From Octopus sinensis (lineage: Eukaryota), in NCBI RefSeq assembly GCF_006345805.1, contig NW_021827592.1:1-27798 (forward strand): DNA of 27,798 nt. The letters run 5' to 3'. Every line of letters begins with the position of its first letter. The first letter of the stretch is position 1. The notes beneath the pieces were generated by a model, which saw only the letters and a program-made list of their open reading frames with translations, had not been told where the DNA came from and made no database searches. A program made the translations under genes and the position numbers. This document shows, one piece after another, positions 22,002 to 27,798 of the stretch.

Positions 22002-22403
22002 TATAGTGACCATTACAAGATCTGCATCATGGAGAGAGCCAAAATTCTTAAGGACTATAAGAAACCTGGCACGTTAAACAGCCGTAAAGAGGTGTTTTCT
22101 AAATGTATCCACTTCAAGAAGCACTTACTGGAAAATTGGATCTCCCCGTTTGCTAATTAGGCCTTTTTGGGTCTATAAGGGGTTTCCCCCACCTCTGATT
22201 TAGGGGAGATAACCCATCTTCATTAACGTTTTTTTCTCTTTTTTGTTAAGACATATTCTTTGAGATCTGAGCATTTCCTCATGTTTGCAACGTAGATATT
22301 TTAAATTTTGTATTTCTATAGAGGCTGATGATCTGTCCACAAGGCTTTGGCTTTGTGGATACGAAATCATGGGTAACCCTGTGTCCAAGATATAAATTTT
22401 TGT
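22002..22403 (+). mobile_element. Penelope-like element 3' fragment (GIY-YIG C-terminus, Naiad-like) with pLTR hammerhead
   Basis: YKICIMERAKILKDYKKPGTLNSRKEVFSKCIHFKKHLL (stop at 22158-22160) fits the CxLCxxEK..I....LNxRxExxSKCxH C-terminus of this PLE group. A hammerhead follows about 165 bp later, and (TA)n lies on both sides. Confidence 0.72.
22318..22382 (+). ncRNA. Type I hammerhead ribozyme candidate
   Basis: CUGAUGA at 22325-22331; 11-bp stem II tgtccacaagg/ctttgtggata; GAAA at 22363-22366; short stem III; GUA at 22373-22375; stem I atag(a)gg/ccctgt. Confidence 0.75.
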
Positions 22404-22432
22404 TGTATATATATATATATATATATGTGTGT

Positions 22433-22740
22433 GTGGAGGCACAATGGCCCAGTGGTTAGGGCAGCGGACTCACGGTTGTAGGATCACTGTTTCGATTCCC
22501 AGACCGGGCGTTGTGTGTGATTATTGAGCGAAAACACCTAAAAAGCTCCACGAGGCTCCTGCAGGGGGTGGTGATGCCTGCTGTACTCTTTCACCACTCT
22601 TTCTCTCACTCATTCTTCTGTTGGCCTGCTCGCTTAGCCAGCGGGGTGGCATCATTCGAAGGCTAAAATAGTGTGAAGGCATTGTGACCAGCGATGTGTA
22701 GCAACATCTGATGGTCTGGCCGGTCACGTGATCGCGTGAT
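22433..22740 (+). mobile_element. tRNA(Arg)-like SINE family C, full length, inverted relative to 21647-21950
   Basis: gtggaggcacaatggcccagtggttagggcagcggactc...ggtcacgtgatcgcgtgat. Segment 22613-22650 is the exact reverse complement of 21738-21775. Confidence 0.9.
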
Positions 22741-22883
22741 ATATATATATACATGCACACACACACACAGAAAATATGTAATTTGGAAAGGATGGGGAAA
22801 GGAATGGAAAGAAAGGTGAGGAGAGGGAGATGAAGGGAGCATGGAGAGCAAGGGCGAAGGGGAGAGGAAATATTAGGGTGAAC

Positions 22884-22983
22884 AGGGTAGTGCTGTCATT
22901 TTCGTCTCCTATAATTTCTTCAACTCTCTGGTTAGGTCCTGATATTTGTCAGATTTTTTTCAGTTTCTTTGGTAGCCATTCTG
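22884..22983 (-). mobile_element. R4/Dong-clade RLE fragment
   Basis: The minus strand reads RMATKETEK, then a frameshift, then DKYQDLTRELKKL*ETKMTALP. Compare KExEKxxKYQDLxxELxxLWxxxVxxxP of R4/Dong endonucleases. Confidence 0.65.
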
Positions 22984-23016
22984 TTTCCATATCGAATTGT
23001 GAACTACAATCTCCAC

Positions 23017-23365
23017 CCTTCCAGTGTGTTTATCAAAAGCTGGACAAGACTGGCAAGGCCAAATGGATCTACTCTGAGTATGCTTTTCTAATTAGAAGGA
23101 AATATACTGGAAGCTGGTACTTCATATGCCTTCAGGATGGCACAGTAATCAGGAACTTTTTGTGTGGTGGACGACCTTACTATTGGAGATTCTATCTCTT
23201 AATTCTTTATTTGTCTAATTTCTATTTTCATATCCCTTTGTTTTGTCCCTTAATGTTGTAGTGCCCCCTCTTGATCGATGTAAGCCCCACCTGTTTTGTT
23301 TCTTGTATCTCATCCTTTGATATCGTCTTCCATGTCCTGGGCCCTTGTGGTCAATAAAAGAATTC
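23017..23365 (+). mobile_element. LINE 3' end (L1/Tx1-like), ORF tail plus 3' UTR
   Basis: Frame PSSVFIKSWTRLARPNGSTLSMLF* (stop at 23089-23091) has the F..xW terminal motif. A pyrimidine-rich UTR follows, ending aataaaagaa before (GTT)n. Confidence 0.45.
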
Positions 23366-23444
23366 GTTGTTGTTGTTGTTGTTTTTTATCCAGTTCTTTC
23401 TGTCTCCAGATTTTTTACCATTCTCTTTTTTTTCTTTCTTCCAG

Positions 23445-23931
23445 ATATCAAAGATGGGAACCTGAAGTCGATTCTGGGATTGTTTTTCAGTCTTTCTCGG
23501 TTTAAGCAGCAGCAGAAATCACACCAACAACAACAAAAACAACAACAAAACCTTCAGCAGCAGCAGCAGCAGCAACAACAACAACAACAACAACAGCAGC
23601 AACAACAGCACCAACAACAACAACACCAACAACACCAACAACACCAACAACACCAACTACACCATCACCAACAATTGCAGCAGCAAAACCAACACCAACA
23701 ACAGCAGCAACACCATCATCATCAACAACAACAGCAACACCACCATCAACAACAACAACAAAAACAATCACATTCTCAATCTGCGCAGCAACCCATCCAC
23801 CATCACCACCATGAATCTAAGTTATCTGCAAATCAAATAGACCACCAGCAAAATCAAAGTACCGGGGAGACTATAAGTTCAGCCGTTGGAAAGAGCACAT
23901 CACATGTAAACGGAGGGGAAATGTTATCAAG
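23445..23931 (+). CDS. NAV2: Internal coding exon of a neuron navigator (NAV2/NAV3-like, unc-53/sickie family) gene: end of CH domain plus Gln/His-rich linker
   Basis: Strong acceptor ttttttctttcttccag| (phase 1) and donor AG|gttcgt (phase 2). The peptide DIKDGNLKSILGLFFSLSRFKQQQ closely matches the vertebrate NAV2 CH-domain end EIRNGNLKAILGLFFSLSRYKQQQ. The exon ends EMLSR, like NAV2 EMQSR. The symbol denotes the closest recalled family member, not proven orthology. Confidence 0.9.
23507..23761 (+). repeat. Coding (CAG/CAA/CAC/CAT)n repeat: poly-Gln/His
   Basis: 85 codons, almost all Q or H. The longest pure run is 18 Q (23555-23608). Confidence 0.92.
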
Positions 23932-24281
23932 GTTCGTACTCACTTAAATCTCCTTTTTTTTTTTTCCTATTTCATCTTCATTTCTTTTTCTTATTTGTTT
24001 TCTTTTTGTGTTTTGTTGTGCTTTTTTTCTTTGCTTTCAGCTAAAATCTAATGAACAAATTTTATCAGAAACATTTAAGATGTACAATTTTTCTTCTCTT
24101 TTAGTGTATTTCTATGTGTGGATGTGTATGTGTGTGCACGTGCATGTATGTCTGCATGCACATGTGTGTACACATGTGCATCTGCATGTTGTATATGTAG
24201 CATATAAGTTAATATACATACATGTGTATATAAATACATGTAAAAGTTCATGTAAAGCAATATATAATATTATGCATTTTA

Positions 24282-24324
<43 letters not shown>

Positions 24325-24549
24325 TATACTTACTCACATATATGAAGTTAGATATATTGCCATGTAAGTTTATATATGTATATATATATACATATGTATA
24401 TCTATATACAAACACACACACACACATATGTAATAGAGACCCAAATGCTATGATAACATTTATCATTTTACCGCAATACTTTCTACTTGTTAAAAAATCC
24501 TAAATGAGATCAGAAAGCACCGTTTCTTGCATCCAATCATCAACCATAC

Positions 24550-24593
24550 TCCTCTTCCTCCTCCTCGTCTTCTTCTTCTTCTTCTTCTTCTTC

Positions 24594-24647
<54 letters not shown>

Positions 24648-24670
24648 TATTATTATTATCATCATTATTA

Positions 24671-24710
<40 letters not shown>

Positions 24711-24779
24711 CATTATTATCATTATTATTATTATTAATATTAATATTATTATTATTATTATTATTATTATCATTAATTA

Positions 24780-24817
<38 letters not shown>

Positions 24818-24889
24818 ATTATTATTATCATTATTATTATTATCATTATTATCATTATTATCATTATTATCATTATTATTATTATTATT

Positions 24890-24920
<31 letters not shown>

Positions 24921-24923
24921 TAT

Positions 24924-24962
<39 letters not shown>

Positions 24963-24973
24963 TACCACCACCA
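24550..24973. repeat. Compound (CTT)n(TAT)n(TAC)n microsatellite
   Basis: Direct inspection. Confidence 0.95.
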
Positions 24974-25216
24974 CGTATGTTGTTGTTTGTTCTTGCTTGC
25001 CGTTAAATATGCATTTCACTTTCGAAAAACAAAATTAGAGAATCAAACAAAAACCAAAATAAAAAATAATAAAAAAATAAGAAAGAAAAAAGGTGAGAGG
25101 GTGGAAGGAAAGGAAAAAGAGTTGCATTTTGGATCATTTCAAATGCTTATATGTAACAACATTAAGGAACATTTTGTCAAAACATATTTCGTCAGCAGAT
25201 TTTATTTATTTATATG

Positions 25217-25710
25217 TCATCATAATCATTGCCATCATCATCATCATCATCATTACCATCTTCATCAACACCATCATTGCTGCCATCACCTCCATCATCA
25301 CCATCATCATCATCATCATCATTATAGTCATCATCATTATAGTCATCATCATCACTGTCACTATCACCATCATCATCACCATCATTGTTACTGTCATCAT
25401 CATCATCATCATCATTACCATCTTCATCAACACTATCATTGTTGCCATCATCATCATCATCAACAGCATCGTTGCCACCATCACCTCCATCATCACCACC
25501 ATCATCACCACCATCACCACCATCATCACCACCATCATCACCATCATCATCATTATAGTCATCATCATCACTGTCACTATCACCATCATCATTACTGTCA
25601 TCATCATCATCACTACTGCCACCACCATCTCCATCAGCATCTCCATTACAATCTCCATCATCACCACTATCATCATCATCATCCTCATCATCATCCATCC
25701 TCATCACCAC
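25217..25710. repeat. (CAT)/(CAC)n degenerate microsatellite with higher-order duplications
   Basis: Direct inspection; this is the source of the poly-H/D/M ORFs. Confidence 0.92.
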
Positions 25711-25879
25711 CTTGTGTTTTTTATAAAACCTCTGCTGCACCACCACCACCAGCCAAATGCATTTCCGTCTTCCTGGGGCTGCATGCAACATTGTTTTTTT
25801 CTTATTATTGCTGAACATGGGAGGTGCTGGGGAATGGTACGCTACATCTATTTTTTTTTTTGTCGTGGGGCAATTGATA

Positions 25880-26103
25880 TCATCATCACCATCCTCAATC
25901 ACTGTTGTTGTTATTATTATTTTATTATATTATCATTATTATTATTATCATCATCATTATTATTATTATTCTTATTATTATTATTATTATTATTATATTA
26001 TTATTGTTATTATTATTATCATTATTTTTTTATATTTTTCTTTTTATACACATAAGTAATGTTCTGTAAGGTATATATGTATGTATGTATATATATATAT
26101 ATA

Positions 26104-26134
<31 letters not shown>

Positions 26135-26422
26135 GTGTATATATAAATATATGTATTATATATATATATGTATATATATATGTATGTAATTATATGTATG
26201 TATAATATGTATGTATATATATATGTATATATATATATGTATATATATATATGTATATATATATGATATATATCTATATATATATATATATATATGTATT
26301 ATATTATATAATATATATATATATATATATATAATATAGTATCTGTATATTATATAGATATATGTATATATATATATGTATATGTATGATATATATATAT
26401 ATGTGGTATGTATCTATGATTG

Positions 26423-26500
<78 letters not shown>
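25880..26500. repeat. (TAT)n followed by (TA)n microsatellites
   Basis: Direct inspection. Confidence 0.92.
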
Positions 26501-27739
26501 TACACTTTTCTCTATGTTCGTTCTGCATATGCTGAGTATGAAAGAAATGCATAACAGAATAAAACAATCTAGACAAGAAAAAAAGAGAGCTCAATAAACT
26601 GAATTGAAATAATAGAATAATAAATTTATTTTAAGCTGAAATTTCACAGAATGAGTTTCTGAGTTTCCTGTCTAATAGATTCCCCTGCTATAAAAGAAGT
26701 CATTTGCACAATCTCACAGTTATATTTGAAATATAATCTGTTGGATATGCACATTAACAATAGAAGGCATTTTAATTCGGTTGGAGCATGTCACAGTGTT
26801 ATATACCACTGGTTGATGTTCACCTGTGAGATATTCAGAAATATTTTAATAAAAATTCCATTTTCCAATGAAAAAAGGATTGAGTTAGAGATATATGTAA
26901 AAAAAAAAAACAGAAGAAAAATTTGTATTACTTATAGCTTGTGTTGGCATGCTAGAAGGTTGTTAAGTATTCAACGAAAGACATTTTAAAATATCCCAAC
27001 AAATATTTCAGATTTACAGAGATAAAATTATATTAGCCCTTAACTGGCATTTACAAATTCAATGAACTAATATCTTAATTTTTTTTAAAAACATAAAAGA
27101 TAACAAATATTGTTCGGCAGTTCTAATAGCTTATAAACGGTTTTTATAGTTGCTGATATTGTTAGTTCATAAAGATTACATGTACTTTGACAAATACGTC
27201 TAAAGGTCTTTCACATTCAATATTTCTGAAAGTATGCTATTGATGATTGAATCTTAACTTAAAAAGATACTCAGCCAACTAAATGTAATCCACAGAAACT
27301 GAATTATTATCTGTAAATACTTTCGTGAATTGCAATATTGATTTCATAAAGATATGAAATATCTAATAGTCAATTTATGAAATTAAAATACTACAAAGAC
27401 AAGAAGAATTTGATGCAGATAACTGCATAAAATTTTTATTATTAATATTTGCAAGTTCTGCTGCAAAATTATAAGAACAAATGAAACTTAATTTAACATA
27501 TATTTTTTTTAAATTTTATCATGTCTTTTTTTTTAATTTTGTTTCTAGTAAGTTAAAGAAAATATTTAGTGATGCTCCAACTTATATTAAGACTGAATGG
27601 AGCATTAGACCAAATAATTTTATGTTCTCTGTTTCTCTGAGTTTGAAAATTTGTATAATTAATTTCTTTTGCAAAATCACTCTCTTTCAACACTTTATCA
27701 TAATAAGAGGTTGCTTTAATAAAAAAAGATATACATAAT

Positions 27740-27798
27740 AGGTGCATGTATGACTGAGAATTTTGCTACCCAACCATGTTGTTTCAGGTTCAGTCCCC
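27740..27798 (+). mobile_element. SINE family A head (cut by window edge)
   Basis: aggtgcatg..ttgctacccaaccatg..ggttcagtccc matches the family A head and B box. Confidence 0.6.

Noticed and set aside
22170-22222. SECIS-like hairpin in the PLE 3' UTR (some Naiad PLEs encode selenoproteins)
   Set aside because: A gggtttcccc/ggggagataaccc hairpin is possible, but the AUGA/GA quartet and apical AA are not present.
22433-22510. tRNA gene
   Set aside because: The tRNA-like region continues into a SINE body and tail shared with another copy, and it lacks a proper acceptor stem. The same applies to the family A, B and D heads.
24490-26059. Poly-His, poly-Asp/Gly and poly-Met/Ile ORFs up to 320 aa
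   Set aside because: They are overlapping open frames of trinucleotide repeats and have no conserved anchors, unlike the NAV exon.
26560-27735. Complex AT-rich stretch that might be a decayed transposase or the next NAV exon
   Set aside because: I found no recognisable motif and no acceptor leading into the expected LP-starting NAV peptide. It cannot be assigned without a BLASTx search.

Overview
Eukaryotic, very AT-rich DNA packed with microsatellites and retroposon fragments. The repeat families resemble those of octopus, but that organism call is an inference from recalled repeat sequences. Only one host coding exon is supported: 23445-23931 (+). It encodes the end of the calponin-homology domain of a neuron navigator protein (NAV2/unc-53/sickie family) followed by an expanded Gln/His tract. 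The rest of the window appears to be intronic. It holds at least four tRNA-derived SINE families (called A-D here), decayed 3' ends of R4/Dong, RTE and L1/Tx1-like LINEs, two Penelope-like (GIY-YIG) element remnants carrying hammerhead ribozyme motifs, a probable hAT MITE, minisatellites and long simple repeats. Almost all ORFs in the track are microsatellite artefacts. The most notable structure is an apparently near-intact, sense-oriented hammerhead ribozyme (22318-22382). It lies in the loop of a ~300-bp inverted SINE pair, about 1.1 kb upstream of the neuron navigator exon. I find no evidence of a novel multi-gene system.
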